From the NCBI RefSeq assembly GCF_009914755.1, contig NC_060944.1: a stretch of 64,000 nucleotides of DNA; one strand, 5' to 3'. Position 1 is the first letter of the stretch, and every line of letters begins with the position of its first letter. The notes under the pieces are model-generated. The model worked only from the letters and a program-made list of their open reading frames with translations, made no database searches and was not told the DNA's origin. Made by a program: the position numbers and the translations under genes. This DNA comes from the human T2T-CHM13v2.0 reference genome, Homo sapiens. Of the stretch, positions 41,141 to 64,000 are shown piece after piece.

Positions 41141-43194
41141 AAAAATACTTTATTGCTCAAAATGTTAACATCATCTGAACCTTCAGCAAGTCAAAATCTT
41201 CTTGTTAGTGGAAGGCCTTGCCTCAGTGTTGATGGCTGCTGACTCATCAGGGTGGTGGCTGCTGAAAGTTAGGGTAGCTGCAGAAATTTCTTAAAATAAG
41301 ACAATGAAGTTTGCCACATTGATTGATTGCCCTTCACAAACAATTGTGCAGTAGCATGCAATGTTGTTTGATAGCATTTTGCCCACAGTAGAACTTCTTT
41401 CAAAATTAGAGTCAATCCTCTCAAATCCTCTCATAAGGATTTGATAAAGTTGATAAAGTTGATAAAGTTGATAGCTTTATCAACTAAGTTTATGTGACAT
41501 TCTAAATCATTTGTTGTCATTTCAACAATTCATTTTCTTCCTCAGCATGCTTACTAGGAGAAGTTTCCATCTCAATAAACCACATTCTTTGCTCATCCAT
41601 TCAGGTTTTATCATGAGATTCCAGGAATTCAATCACATCTTTGGGCTCAACTTTAGTTCTCTTGTTATTTCCACCACAGCTGAGGTTACTTACTCCACTG
41701 AGGTCTTACACCCTTAAAAGTGATTCATGAGAGTTGGAATCAATTTCTCCAAAACTTCTTTTAGTGTTGATATTTTGACCTCCTCCTGCCAATCATGAAT
41801 GTTCATCTAGAATGGTGAATTATTTCCAGAAGGTTTTCAACTTACTTTGCCAAGATCCATCAGCGAAATCACTATCTATGGCATCTATGGCCTTATAAAA
41901 TGTATTTTTTAAACAATAAGACTTGAAAGTCAAAATTGTCCCTTGCTCTAGGAGCTGAAGAATGGATGTTGTGTTAGCGAGCATGAAAACAACACTAATC
42001 TTGTACATCTCCATCAGAGCTCATGAATGACCAGGCACATTGTCAACGTGCAGTAATATTTTGAAAGGCAACTTCTTTTCTGAGCAGTAGGTCTCGAACA
42101 CGGATTTAATATAAATCATCATGTAAATAGATGTGCTATCATCCAGGCTTGGTTGTTTCATTTATAGAGTGCAGGCAGAATATATTTTGTACAATTCTGA
42201 AGGGCCTGCGGATTTTCAGAATGGTAGATGAGCATTGGCTTCAACTTAAGGTCACCAGCTGCACCAGCCCCTAACAAAAGAGCTGTCCTGTGCTCTCTAG
42301 CTATGAAGTCCTAGATGGCATCTTCTTCCAACAGAAGGCTGCTTCCTCCACATTGAACATCTGTTGTTTAGCGTAGACACCTTCATCGCTTATCTTAACT
42401 AGATCTTCTGGGTAACTTGCTGCAGTTTCTACATCATTGCTTGCTGCTTCACCTTGCTCTTTTATTTTATGGGGATGGCTTCTTTCTTAACCTCATGAAC
42501 CAACCACTGCTAACTTTTCTTCTGCAGCTTCCTCACCTCTCAGCCTCAATAGAATTGAAGAGGGTTATAGTCTTTCTCTGGATTAGGCTTTATCTTAAGA
42601 GAATATTGTGGATGGTTTGACGTTCTATTCAGACCACTAAAACTTTCTTCATATCAGCAAAAGGCTGTTTTTCCTCTTATCATTCATGTGTTCACTGGAG
42701 TCGCCCTTTTGATTTCATTCAAGAACTTTTTCTTTGCATTCCCAACTTGGCTAACTGATGCAAGTGACCTAGTTTTCAGCCTGTCTCAGCTTTCGACATG
42801 CCTTCCTCACTAAGCTTTATCATTCCTAGCTTTTGATTTAAAGTGAGAGATGTGTGACTCTTCCTTTCATTTGAACACTTGGAGACCATTGCGGGGTTAT
42901 TAATTGGTCTAATTTCAATATTGTTGTGTCTCAGAGAATACGAAGGCCCAAGAAGAGGGAGAGGGATAGGGAAAGAGCTGGTCAGTGAAGCAGTCAGAAC
43001 ACACATATTTATCAATTAAGCTCATCATCTTATAAGGGCACAGTGCCCCCAAACAATTACAATCAAGGATCACTGATCATAGGTCATAATAACAGATACA
43101 ATAATCATGAAAATGTTTGAAATATTATGAAAATTACCAAAATGTGACACAGAGCCACTAAATGATCACATGCTTTTCAAATAATGACACTGAA

Positions 43195-43500
43195 GGCTGG
43201 GCGCCGTGGCTCATGCCTGTGATCCCAGCGCTTTGGGAGGCCGAGGCGGGCGGATCATGAGGTCAGGAGATCGAGACCATCCTGGCTAACACGGTTAAAC
43301 CCCATCTCTACTAAAAATACAAAAATTTAGCCGGGTGTGGTAGCGAGCACCTGTAGTCCCAGCTACTCAGGAGGCTGAGGCAAGAGAATGGCATGAACCC
43401 GGGAGGCGGAGCTTGCAGTGAGACGAGATTGTGCCACTGCACTCCAGCCTGGGCGACAGAGCAAGACTCCGTCTAAAAAAAATAAAAAATAAAAAAAAAT
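43195..43500 (+). mobile_element. AluY
   Basis: gagatcgagaccatcctggctaacacgg, gagaatggc..gaacccgggaggcggagcttgcagtg. Confidence 0.9.
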
Positions 43501-46500
43501 AGCACTGATAAACTTGTTCAAGTCAGGGTTGCCACAAATCTTCAATTTGCACCTGCAATATCTAAGAGGCACAATAAAATGAGGTATGCCTGTAATAATA
43601 GAGTATATCTCATTGCCTAACATTATAATTAAGTGAGCTAAATGATGTGGTTTTTTAACATCGTCTCAAGTAGATTTATTGTCAGTAATTAATGGTAATA
43701 GTACACAAAGTGGAGAACAAAGGAACCGTGCAATTAAAACTTTAATTTTTAGTAAATTTTAAAATTTACTAAACTTTTGAGTAATTTTGTGTTGTACCAA
43801 CTTTTTTTGCCAGTGTGTTCAATCCAATTCCTTCTTTAAATTTTATTTTTAATTGACAAATAATAATGGTATATATTTATGAGGTACAAGGTGATGTTTT
43901 GACATGTTTACATTGTGAATTATTAAATCAAGCTAATTAACAAATCTATCACCTGACATAGTTATCTTTTGTAATGTGGTAAAAATATTTAAAATCTACT
44001 CTTTTAGTAATTTTAAAATACATAATGTGTTACTATTTATCATAATCACCATTCTGTGAAATAGACCCCTAAAGTTTATTTCTTCTGTCTAATCAAAACT
44101 TTGTATCCTTTCATCAACAGATTCCCTTTCCTGGTTCACCCCCTCCTCCAGCTTCTGGTAACTACCATTCCACTCTCTACTTCTGTGAGTTGGACTTTAA
44201 TTTTAGAGTCCACATATAAGTGAGGTTATGCATTATTTGCCTTTCTGTGCCAGGCTTATTTCACTTATCATAATGTTCTCCAGGTTCATCCATGTTGTGA
44301 CAAATAACAGAATTTCCTTTTTTAAGGCTAAATAGTAGTCCACTGTTTATATATACCACATTTTAATCCATTTATCTGATGATGAATACCTAGGTTGATT
44401 CCATATCTTGGCTATTGTGAATAATGCTACAGTGAACATTGGAGTGCAGATATGTTTTGACATGCTGACTTCAATGTCTTTGGACATATACTCAGAAGTG
44501 GGATTGCTGGAACATATGATAATTCTAGTTTTCATTTTCTGAGGACCCTCCATGCTGTTTTCCAAAATGGCTGAACCAATCTACATTCCCACCAACAGTG
44601 TGCAAGGATTCCCTTTTCTCCACATACTTGCCAACATTTATCTTTCATACTGTTGATAATAGCCAATCTACCAGGCGTGAAGTAATATTTCATTGTGGTT
44701 TTTATTCGCATTTCTCTGATGATTAAAAATGTTGATCTGAGCTTTGTCAGCAACAAGTAAAAATAAATAAATAAGAAATGTTGAGCATTTTTTCATATAT
44801 CTGTTGGACATTTGTATGTCTTCTTTTGAGAAATGTCTACTCAGGTCCTCTGCCCATTTTTTAAATAGGGTTGTTTTCTTGTTTTGAGTAGTTTGAGTTT
44901 CTTACATATTTTGGATATTGGCTCCTTATCTGATTTATCATCCAAATAGTTTCTCCCAATATGTGGGTTATGTCTTCACTGTGTTGTTTCCTTTGCTGGG
45001 CAGAAGGCTTTTAGTTTAATACAATATTATTCCCCTATTTTTGCTTTTGTTGCTTGTGCTTTGGGAGATCATATCCAATAAATCACTGCCAAGACCAATG
45101 TCATGAAGCTTTCCCACTATGTTTTCTTCTAGTAGTTTTTACGGTTTCATGTCTTACATTTAAGTCTATGATTCATTTTGAGTTCATTCTAGTATAAGAG
45201 GTAAGATAAGGGTCCACTTTCATTCTTCTGCATATAGATATAGTTTTGCCCACACCAATTATTGAAGGTACTGTCCTTTCCCCATTGTGTGTTCTTTGGG
45301 CCCTTGTTGAAAATCAATTGACCATAAACGTATGGGCTTATTTCTGAAATCTCTAACCTATTCCATCAGTTGCTGTGTCTGTTTTTATGCCAATAGCATG
45401 CTGTTTTTATTACTATACCTTTGTAATACATTTTGAAATCCAGCAGTGTGATACCTCTATCTTTTTCTTTTTGGTAAATTTGTCTTTGGCTATTCTGGGT
45501 TTCCAGTGGTTCCATGTGAAGCTTCAGATTATTTCTTTCTGTTTCTGTGAAGAATGACATTAGAATGTTAATATGGATTGCATTGAATCTGTACATCACT
45601 TTGGATAGTATGGACATTTTGCCAATTTTGATTCTTCCAGTCCGTGAACATAGGATAGCTGTCTGTAAGTTCTTCTAGTAAAAACACACTTTACTGACAA
45701 ACTGGATTTCTCTGGTTGTTTTTTTGGTTTCTTGGCTCCTTCAGCATTTGGGGGACACTTTGCACATATGGCCCTCACATGAAACAGTCCTTTTAGCATT
45801 TTTTATAAGACAAGCTTAGTGTTGGTGAATTCTCTCAGCTTTTGCTTGTTTGGGAAAGTCTCTAATCTCTCCTTCATGTTTGAAGGGTAGATTTTTGAGG
45901 GTTAGCAGGTTTTTCCTTCAGCACTTTGAATATAACATCTCACTGTCATCTGGTCATCAGGGTTTCTATGAAAGCCATATTGAGGCTTCATCTAATGTAA
46001 TATGTTTCTTTTTTCTTGCTACTTTGAGTATTCTTTCTGTCTTTGATTTTTGATAATTTTATTATTATATGCCTTGTGGATTTCCTGTTTGGGTTGAATT
46101 TCATTGGTGACTTCTGAGCTTCCTGCACCTGGATGCTGTCATCTTTCTCCAGATTTGGGAAATTTTCAGCCATTATTTCTTTAAATATGCTTTGTGGGCC
46201 CTTTCTCTCTTGTCTTCTCTAGGAATTCTAATTATGCAGAGGTTAATTTGCCTGATGATGTCCCATAGTTCTTGTAGACCTTCTTCATTCTTTTTTTTCT
46301 CTTTTTGTTCCTCTGATTGGTGATTTCAAATGTTCTGTCTTCAAGCTTGCTAATTCCTCTGTTTGCTCAAGTCTGCTGTTGAAGCTTTATAATGAGTTTT
46401 TCAGTTCAATTATTTTATTCTTTATTACTAGTATTTCTATTTCTATTGCTTGGTTTTTTTTTTCATTGTTTCTATAAATCTTCAATTCTTCTGGGACCAT

Positions 46501-48436
46501 TCCTGGAGCTTTGTTGATTTCTTTTGATGGTATTGAATATTTCTGAGTTTTCACAAGCCTTGTATCTTTACATGGATGCCTGCATATTTGAGGCGACTGC
46601 CAACTCTTCCAGCTTTTGCAGGTGCTCTTTCATGGTGTTAGACCTTTACTTCTTAGTATTAGAACTTAAACACTGGCCTGTTGTTGCTTTACACTGTAGA
46701 GAGGGCTTAATAGTGAGCATCAGAACTAAAACATTGCACTGGACCTAACTCATTGCCCTGTCATTGTTTCCCAGTGTAAGGAAAACTTATAGTGAGCACC
46801 ACAGCTTAAATGCCCTGGAACAATATTGCTGCCCTACTATTGTTTCTCAGTGTGGGAAAAACTTAGGTGGGTACTGAAAATCTTGACCTTTTAGTTGTTT
46901 CTGGGCCAGGGAAAAGCTTCACATGTGCACCTGGGCTTTGTGGATTTGGGCCTTCCCATAAATTTTGTCCCCTACAATACTCTGGCCCCCCCACCAGTCT
47001 CTTCAATATGGCATCCCCACTGATCAAAGCACTGAACAATCACCAAGATCCACATGCCAGTTGCTGCAATCAGTGACCTACTCTTTGTCCCCAATTCACC
47101 CCAGGTTTTTCAGCCCTCTTGGTTCTCTAGTGGGATGAAACTGGAGTGGACTTACCATTAAGATTCCTAGACAAGTGGGAAGATCAAATATCCACCTCCA
47201 ATTCCTTCTTCTCATCTCAGCAACTGTGGGTCTAGGGAAGTTCTCTGTGAGTGGTATTATTATGGCCTGGGAGAGAGGGTGGAACAGGCTGAAATGACCA
47301 TTTCTCTTACCTGTCACTGCTTCTCTCAATTCTATGAGCCCAGGGGGTTTCTCTGCTTCTCAAGTTCTGGTGTATTCAGGGTGGCATTCTTGTCTTTGAA
47401 TAGTTTTTCATTTTATTTTTGTGTCAGGAAGTGATCCCAGGAGATCTATTCTGCCATCTTGCTGACATCACTTCCCAGTTTAGTCCTGAGGTATCAGGGA
47501 TGGATTAAGAAGCACATGGCTTTCCCCATCCTGGGAAAATTCTCCAGGACAGGGCAAACCAGCTCTTGCACCAGAGACATATCCACAGAGTAGCCTTTCT
47601 TGTATTGTCACTCTCTGCAGCTCATATCCTTGTGCTGGGCTGTGAGGCAGGCACTAAGGACACTCTTTAGGTAACAGTGGAACGCAGAACAAAGAGAAGT
47701 CAAGCTAGCCTCAGAGAAGAGAAAATTTGTCTTAAGTTTTTGATATCACAATCTGCATCTTTTTATAATTTGTATCCCTTGACAAATTATTGTAGGTTTC
47801 ATTGTTTTTAATAGCTTTGCCTTTTAATGTTATTAAAGATATAATTTATTTACCCACTGACATTACAGTATCAGAGTATTTTGGATTTCACAATGTATTT
47901 ACTTTTATCAGTGAATGTTATACTTTCATATGTTTTCCAGTCACTAATTAGTGTCCTCTTCTTCAGCTTGAAGAACTCTCTTTAGCACTTCTTGTAAGGC
48001 AAGTCTAGTAGTAATAAACTCTCTCAGCTTCTGTTTGTCTGAGAAAGTCTTTATCACCCCTTCATTTTTGAAAGAAAAGATTTCTGGGTATAGTATTCTT
48101 GGTTGACAGGGTTGTTTTATTCAGGATTTTTAATATAACATCCCACCCCCTTCTGGCCTACAAAGTTTCTGCTGAGAAATCTGCTGATAATCTAAGGGAG
48201 GGTTCTCTTGTGTGTAGCAATTCACTATTTCCTCACTGTTTTTAAAACTTTCTCTGTCTTTTTGCATGTATGGCAGGGGGAGGGTGGTGAGTATTCTGGT
48301 TTCTTCCATCCTATGGTGAAGGTGAATGCCAGTATTTATCTCTCCCTCTCTCTGCACTAAGCTGGAGAGATAATCTGTGACAAATGCCTATACTTGTGTC
48401 CAAACTGCACCCTCTGATCCTGGTGAGATAGCTGCT

Positions 48437-48837
48437 TGATATGGTTAGAATCTGTGTCCCCATCCAAATCTCATGTCAAGTTGTAATCCCCAATGTTGGC
48501 GGTGGACCTGGTGAGAGGTGATTGGATCACGGGGGTAAATCCTTCATGAATGGTTTAACATCATCTCTTTGGTGCTGTTCTCATGATAGTGAGTGAGATG
48601 TGGTTGTTTAAAAGTATATAGTACATCCCTCACCCCGCTCCTCCTCCAGCCATGTGAAGATGCCTGCTCTGGCTTTGTCTTCTGCCATGAGTAAAAGCTC
48701 CTGAGGCCTCCTCAGAAGCAGATAGTGCCATGCTTCCTGTATAGCCCATAGAACCATGAGCCAATTAAACCTCTTTTCTTTATAAATTATGCAATCTTGA
48801 GTATTTATTTATAGCAATGAGAGAATGGACTAATACA
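48437..48837 (+). mobile_element. MST (ERVL-MaLR) solo LTR
   Basis: tgatatggttagaatctgtgtcccc ... gagaatggactaataca. Confidence 0.9.
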
Positions 48838-49302
48838 TGCTGAAAGTGGGCCCGTTGTATGCCCATGTCTTTGTTTTCTGTAGTCCCAGGCCGCTTAGGA
48901 ATGCAAAGTCTCATTGGGAATGCAAAGCCCCATTAGTCCCCAGAGCTAGGTTGATAAGGAGACAGTCCCTTGGGTGGAAACTATAGAAGCTTAGGTACTC
49001 AGTACACGGACAAACTCCTTCCAGGAAGAATGGGTCGACTGGATTTATCACTGGGATGAGCCAAAGGAAAGGCTCAGAAAGTGCTCAGCTCAAGCTCAGG
49101 ATGACAGGGAGCTACTTTCTCCCCTTAGGTCCTCAATGCAAATTCATTAAAAGCAAGGTCATCAAGTAGCCACCAATAGAGTAAGCAGGAAACCCCTTGC
49201 AAAGAGAAAATGGGAGCTCAGCATTCTAGTCCCTTTTCTACACTGCTCCCAGGAGATGTAGACCCTGGCAGTGTTATTATGTCCATTTAAAACCACCTTT
49301 TT

Positions 49303-49820
<518 letters not shown>

Positions 49821-50649
49821 CTAGAGAGATTCTCATATGCATAGTCCTCTCTGCTCCTAAAGCTGGGAGTTTTAGAGTGCAGTCCTTCCAGTAGAAGCTG
49901 CAAAAGTTGAGGCATTCTACATGTGGACAAACTCTCTCCAGGAAGGAGTAATAGACCTGGAGTTATCACTGGAGTGAGCCAGGGGAAAAGGCTTAGGAAG
50001 TGTTGATCTGCTTCTGAGGCTACCAGCAGGCTACTATTTGCCTCTTTAACTCCCCAATGCAAGTTAATTAATGCAAGTTAATTAGAAGCCCAGCCACCAA
50101 GTAGCCCCTAGAAGAGTGTCATAAACCCCTCCCAGAGAAAAACAAGAAGCTGCATTTTTTTAAGTCCTTCTCTGCACTGCCTCCAGAGAGTGAGGCCCCT
50201 GGAAGTGCTTGTTCTGTAGCATAAAACCACTGCTTTTTTCCTGTAGGTCAGAAAGACTCATGTATTCCTAATCCCCTCCACTTCCAGAGTTGATTAATTG
50301 AGCCGAACCACGGGGAATTTCAGAGCTAAAGCACTATATGTGAGGCCCAAACCCTCCTCTCCACAGAGAGAAGTTGTGTGTTAGGGATTCCTTTCCTGGT
50401 TGTATGGCACAGTGTCCAAGGTGGAGTTCATGCCTGAGTGCACCTCAGCTTTTCCCACTCATTTGATGCAGATGTTTTTTCTCAGTTGCCCAGTGGGTAG
50501 GAGTCTCTCAATTGGTTCCTGACTTTTTTCAGAGAATCAATCAGTGAATAGTTTGTTCAGTGCATTGGTGGGTGAAGGGAGAGTCAGGAGTCTCCTATTT
50601 CACCATGTTGCTGATGTCATCTAAGGGTAAGCCTTTAGGCTTGGCAACA

Positions 50650-52178
50650 ATGACTTCTGGATAGGAGACTTCCCTTGAATCTTTCACAGCATGAACATTC
50701 TATTTTTGTGCCAACATGCATTTCACGGTGAAAGAAGTCACAACAGGGGCCTCAGACACCAAACGCAACCTTAGATTTCAAATAACGTCCTGTAGTTCAT
50801 GAATTAGGTATCCTGAGTTTGGAATAATGCAGACTGCTAACAGAGGTAGGGGAGGGACAAACATTGCTGGTGACGACATTGGTATAGAACCACCTGTGAG
50901 CATCAAATGCAGCCAAAGTACAGAAACAAGGTAGGGGTGGATCAGTGTCATGTTGCATACATGAGATGGCAGTATCCTTCTAGAGTCTCCCCATTTACAT
51001 TCACTTCGAAAAGCAGCATGGCCTAGGAGATAGAAAAAGAACAAACAATGCAAAAGCAATGGCAACCATAAGACTATGTGTTTGCTCTCAAACACAACAG
51101 GCCTCATCTGTGATTCTTTTCAGGCTAGAACTTGACATTTTGGAGATCCAGATTTTGGAAGAATTTGCCTTTGCTTCTTCCTCTGCCTCCAAGACGTCCA
51201 TGTTCTTCTAAGGGTCCTCACTACCTTACTCTACATAATATGAGAGCACATAGATGTTTTCATAGAAGAGAGAGCACACAGTCATAACCAAATGGGCACT
51301 CCTTTCAGCTTTGAGTTCCCTGGGGCACTGTGAGCTGTCCAGAGAGCTCTCTGGAACACAGGTCAGGGCACCAGTGATTAGAAGAAAGCAGAGCAACTGC
51401 TTCCAGTAAAATTCATAGTCTATGATGCTCATGCCAGTGACATGGAATAGGTCAACCTGACACCCATGGCATGTCCACATGGTACAGTGCACTGAACTTG
51501 AATGGGGGAGGTTATTCTCTATATGGTCCCTGAAAGGTAAATTTGCCTCTCTTAATAGTGTCTCCTAGCAGTGTTTGGAGATGGCCTGAGATGACGCTTG
51601 CTAAGGGAGGCTATCTGAGGAAGCACCAAATAAGATCTCTTAGAGACCATGCCCTTATAGCCCACCTACTGCTGATGATGTCTGTGTTGGTAGTTGATTA
51701 TGATCTCTTTTCTAAGACTCCCTTGTCCAAGAAAAGCTCTTGAGAAAGGTGAAGACAAATCTGAGATATCCAGAGCCTGGTGTGATGCCTCAGAGGTGGC
51801 TCATGGCCTCTGGTCTGATGGGGGAAGTTTTCTTCTCTGATGTCTCTTTCATTGAATAGCCCAGCAAGAAGCACTAGACTGGAGCATAACACTGCACACC
51901 TGCCTCTGGGCATGGCCTGTCCTCCTGAAACCTCTTCACATTTGACTCCGTGTTCCAATTAGCCACATGTGATGCAACCCTGGATCTGGCCCCAGGATCA
52001 TTTCAGAGGAGTTGCGATTGCATAGAGTAAGGGAGAGTCTGTACCACAGTGGTTAATTTCCACTAACTCACAGTAGGATGACAGGCAAGACCCACTGCCA
52101 CTCTGTGCCAATTACTCCTTAGCAATAGCAGCATGAACCACCTGTTCCCCACCCCTTGGTGTTCCTCTTGATCAAAAG
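50650..52178. repeat. Right arm of the inverted duplication (3' flank of WFDC10B)
   Basis: Reverse complement of 1-621 plus 3800-3818/4128-5025, with no Tigger1 or Alu. Confidence 0.9.
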
Positions 52179-52944
52179 AAAAGAGAATAAGCCTCTAAGG
52201 AAGAGGGCTTGGGAAAGATAGGGACTATTCAGTTAATGGAAGGTGCTGGAGTGTTAGATCCTGAGACCCAAATTGGGTCCCATCAGAGGAGTAGCCATGT
52301 TGGTGGGTGCTGGATAGGAGGAGCTTTGGGGTTGGTGCAGGCACTCACTCTCACTAGGATGCCTCTGGTCTCAAGTAATGGAGAGAAGTGAGAAAAAGTG
52401 AGCTCAGAGGAAACATCCTCTTCCGGCCACATCATATCCTCTCTCTCTCTTGTGGCCTTAGGCATGTCGCTGGCCTTCCTGGGACTCATTATCCTCATTG
52501 TAAAGAGACAGCAATCTGAAGCTCAGAAAGAGATTGGGGAGCATGAGGTGGGGGAGTACCAAGGCTAAGGAGACCAAAGCAGTGCTTGGGGGCCTCCCAC
52601 TCTTTACCTTGGGTTCTAACTGCCACCCATCTCGTGCTTAATGGGTCCTTCTGACTCCAGGGTGAGAAATGTTCTCCTTAGCATCAGGAGACGCTGCACA
52701 TGAGCAGTTCCTCCCCCTGGGAGTACTGGTTCAGTGAGCAAAACAGCAAGGGGCTGGGCATCCTGAGGGCTGGGAGGGATACATGGGCCAAAGAAGGAGA
52801 AGGAGGGTAGAGAAGCATAGCCAGGGAGAGAAATCAAACACCAGGACACAAGATGAGTGGGGCATCTTTGGGGGCTACAGTGGGCTCTCAATGATCACCT
52901 GTAGTGGCAGCAAAAGAGGCAGGATCCATGGGCATTTGTTCTGG

Positions 52945-52950
52945 TTTATT
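52945..52950 (-). terminator. WFDC10B: WFDC10B polyadenylation signal AATAAA
   Basis: tttatt ~155 nt downstream of the stop codon. Confidence 0.75.
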
Positions 52951-53103
52951 TGACAGGGACAGGGAGTTCAGACACTGGGGAGGGTGGCATTCCTGTTGAT
53001 GTTCTTGTGCTGATGATTTGATGTCCTTGTGCTTCGGATGTGGGCACAGTCTCGGATGGAAGGGTTCAGGGAGCAGGATGCACATCCCAGCCCACTCTCC
53101 CAC

Positions 53104-53256
<153 letters not shown>

Positions 53257-54170
53257 TCAATGAAACCATGCACCTATAGAGCAGCCTTCTCAAGCTTGAA
53301 GCTCCTCCATGGCCCCAGAACCAAGGCACCCCTGCCACCACGACTCTCCTGGACTCTTCAGGGAACTTCCTTCCAGCCCATCACCAATCCTAGTGATTGG
53401 CAGTATCTTAAATCCTGTCTCCCTGCCCTGCATCTCACCCCAGTAGACTTCAATGCCTGGGCTTCCTGGACTCTCGCCATACACCTGCATTCAGAACTCT
53501 GTCTCCCCATTAATCATGGTGAAGTCACCCCCATAGAATCTATGGTCTGACCCTGAGAGCTCAAAGAAGCCTGAGACATTTCCAAACCCTCCCCTAGTCT
53601 CCAGAATTTGCAGAGCCCAGAAAAGAAGATGAACTTGCCTCTCATCCCTCCTTCTCCTCTCCTCTCCATCACTGTCCCTAGTATCGCTTCCCACCACCAC
53701 TCTCCTGGCTCCTTTGATGTTATACTTAACTTTGCCCTGTATACTCCAACTTTTCATTGCTTATGTCCTTTTTACCCTACACTTATACCCATTTCTACAC
53801 CTACACCTACCCTCATAACCACTTCTAGATGTTCACTCCTCACAAATGTGCATAAATCAAAGAATAATTGTCTTGCTTTCCCATTGGATTCTCAGCCCTG
53901 GTTCACCTTTCACTATGGGATGTACCATTTGTCTCTAAGTACTGGGAGCAAACAACAAAAGATGTAGGTTCCCCCTTCATTCCCACTACTATTCCCAGGG
54001 CCAGGTAAAGGGGTTGGAGGGCCATGGTTTGGGACAGCCCAGAGTCTGCACAGCATTGTGGTCAGAGCTGGATATGCAGAAAGGTTGCAAGTCCTAGGTC
54101 CTACTCAGACTGGACACAGCTCCTCCATTCCCCCTACCCAACTCTCCATCACCCATCCAGCAGCCCATCA

Positions 54171-54395
<225 letters not shown>

Positions 54396-54942
54396 TCAGG
54401 GCAGAGCAAGAGTCCTTGCTTCCTGCCCTTGCCTTCTCCTGGCCCTGTCCTTCTCCATGTAGGATAGGGCTTCTGCAGGAATGATGCCTCCTCTCACATC
54501 ACATAACCAGTCCTGTGTTCTTGCTAACAGAGTTTTTCTTTTCCAAAAGGTACTCTTTATTTCTGCTTTCTAATTATAAAATGCTTTATGGAAAAAAGAA
54601 AAGAAGAAATATAATTTTTTAAAAGGTGCTTAGAATTAACCCATATTTTATTACATTATCTTTTAGTTCCTCTGTATATTTAATGTAAACAATCTTTTAT
54701 TTTCTCATTTTTGAATCACCTATCTTTTGTTACCTACCGTCTGCCACCTTTATTTAGTCATGCAAATATTTACAATGTCATTATTTCTCAAAAAGAAAAG
54801 ACATAATTTTTTTGGGGGGGGGCGGTGAACGTAGCTACAGATAGACACTCCAATTTCCACAGTTGTGAAAGCAGAAATCATATCATGAGCCCCTTTAGGA
54901 AGTGGCTATTTGCATATAATGGATGTGTTCATTATAAATTCT

Positions 54943-62630
<7,688 letters not shown>

Positions 62631-62874
62631 AGTAGCAAAAAGAGCTGTGATTATTATATTAAAGTCAAACAAAATACACATTGTGTCAAATATTGTTAAA
62701 AGAAACAAAAAACATGATTATATATCGATAAAAGGGTCAATTCATCAAAAAGATATAAAAATTATAAACATATACACACCAAGCAATAGAGCTTCAAAAT
62801 ATATGAAGCAAACACCACAGGATTGAAGGGAGACGAAGCACTACAAAATAGTTGGAGAGTTCAATATCCCACCA

Positions 62875-63625
62875 TGGCATCATAAGAAATATATTTGGTC
62901 TTTGTCCCCAGTTCCTGGCACAAGGTTCCTAAAACTCTTGGAATTTCCTGAGTGATGGGTGTGTCTTTTGATATTCATAAGAAGCCCCTTTCGATTCCAC
63001 CTCAGTTTCTGCTAATGAGGTTACTTGGAGTGGGGCCCCTAGGTAGCCTCAGGATGGAGCTGGTCACCAGAAAGGTCAAGTGATTAGAGGTCTGGAAATT
63101 TTAGACCCACCCACTCTCCTCCAGGAAGTTAAAGAAGGAAGGAGTTGAAGCTCTATAAAAACTCTTAAACAATAAGATTTGATGAGCTTCTGAATTGGTG
63201 AACACATCCATGTGCCAGGAGGGTGGCACACACAACTCACAAGGACAGAAATTCCTGTGCTTGGGACCCTTCTGAAGCTCACCCTATTTACTTCATCTGG
63301 CTATTCATTTGTATCCTTTATAATAAACTGATAAACCTTAAGTAAAGTGTTTCCTGAGTTCTGTGAGCTGTTTCAGCAAATTATCAAACTTTCAGATGGG
63401 ATTGTGGGAGCCCCTGATTTATAGCCAGTAGATCAAAAGTGCAGGAGGCCCAAGACTTGCAACTGGCACCTGAAGTTGGGAGTAGTCTTGTGAAATCAAG
63501 CCTATAAGCTGTGGGGTCTGCACTAACTTCAAGTAGTTAGTGTCAGAATTAAATTAAATTTTGGAACACCCAGTTGGTGTCCAGAGATAGGAGAATTGGT
63601 TGTTGGTGTTGGAAAGCATTCCAGG
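62875..63625. mobile_element. MER21-like LTR within an L1M (+) endonuclease fragment (62630-63978)
   Basis: aagaaatatatttggtctttgtccccagttcctggcaca..ttggaatttcctgagtgat; L1 ORF2-like sequence on both sides. Confidence 0.65.
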
Positions 63626-63977
63626 CCCTCTTTCAATAATGAATAGAACATGTAGACAGAAAAATCAATAAGGAAATAGGGTACTAAACAACACTATAAA
63701 CCTAAGACAGACCTAAGACAAGAAGAGAATGCATATTCTTCTCAAGCACATATGGAACATACTCCAGGATAAACTACATGTTAGGCCACAAAACAAGCCT
63801 AAATACATTTTAAAAGATTGAAATTATACAAACTATCTTCTCCAGCCACAATGGAACAAAGCTAGAAATCAATAAGAGAAGGAAAACTGGAAAATTCTCA
63901 AAAATGTGAAATTAATACACTCTAAAACAACCAATGAGTCAAAGAATAAATCACAACGGAAATTAGAAAATAATTTG

Positions 63978-64000
63978 AGCCAGGCATGTTGACTCATGCC
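63978..64000 (+). mobile_element. Start of an Alu cut by the window edge
   Basis: agccaggcatgttgactcatgcc. Confidence 0.6.

Larger units (their letters stand above)
37585..43592 (-). mobile_element. Second Tigger1, antisense, interrupted by L1 and AluY
   Basis: caggcatacctc at 37585 and gaggtatgcctg-TA at 43581-43594; transposase remnants 41820-42014, 42776-43015. Confidence 0.9.

Overview
Primate (very probably human, 20q13.12-type WFDC cluster) genomic DNA, mostly interspersed repeats. Two small spliced WAP/four-disulfide-core genes can be built on the minus strand: WFDC11 (coding exons 18874-18775, 17673-17531, 17013-16993; 87 aa) and WFDC10B (54266-54176, 53234-53104; 73 aa). The window also holds a full-length RPS2 retrocopy with an intact 293-aa ORF, a full-length SVA, three ~6-kb L1PA elements, two near-complete Tigger1 fossils, and older L1M/L1PB, MST, MER21, Alu and MIR copies. 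I see no new gene family. The notable structure is recombinational. (1) The three young L1s share many non-consensus variants in a patchwork, which suggests local gene conversion or NAHR, and one of them is a subfamily chimera with no TSD. (2) The left end of the window is an old inverted duplicate of the WFDC10B 3' flank, with a Tigger1 filled/empty site pair, a ~96%-identical 154-bp core and a preserved 18-bp palindrome. (3) L1-derived sequence may supply WFDC11's promoter(s). Repeat subfamily names and consensus comparisons are from memory and need RepeatMasker or alignment confirmation.
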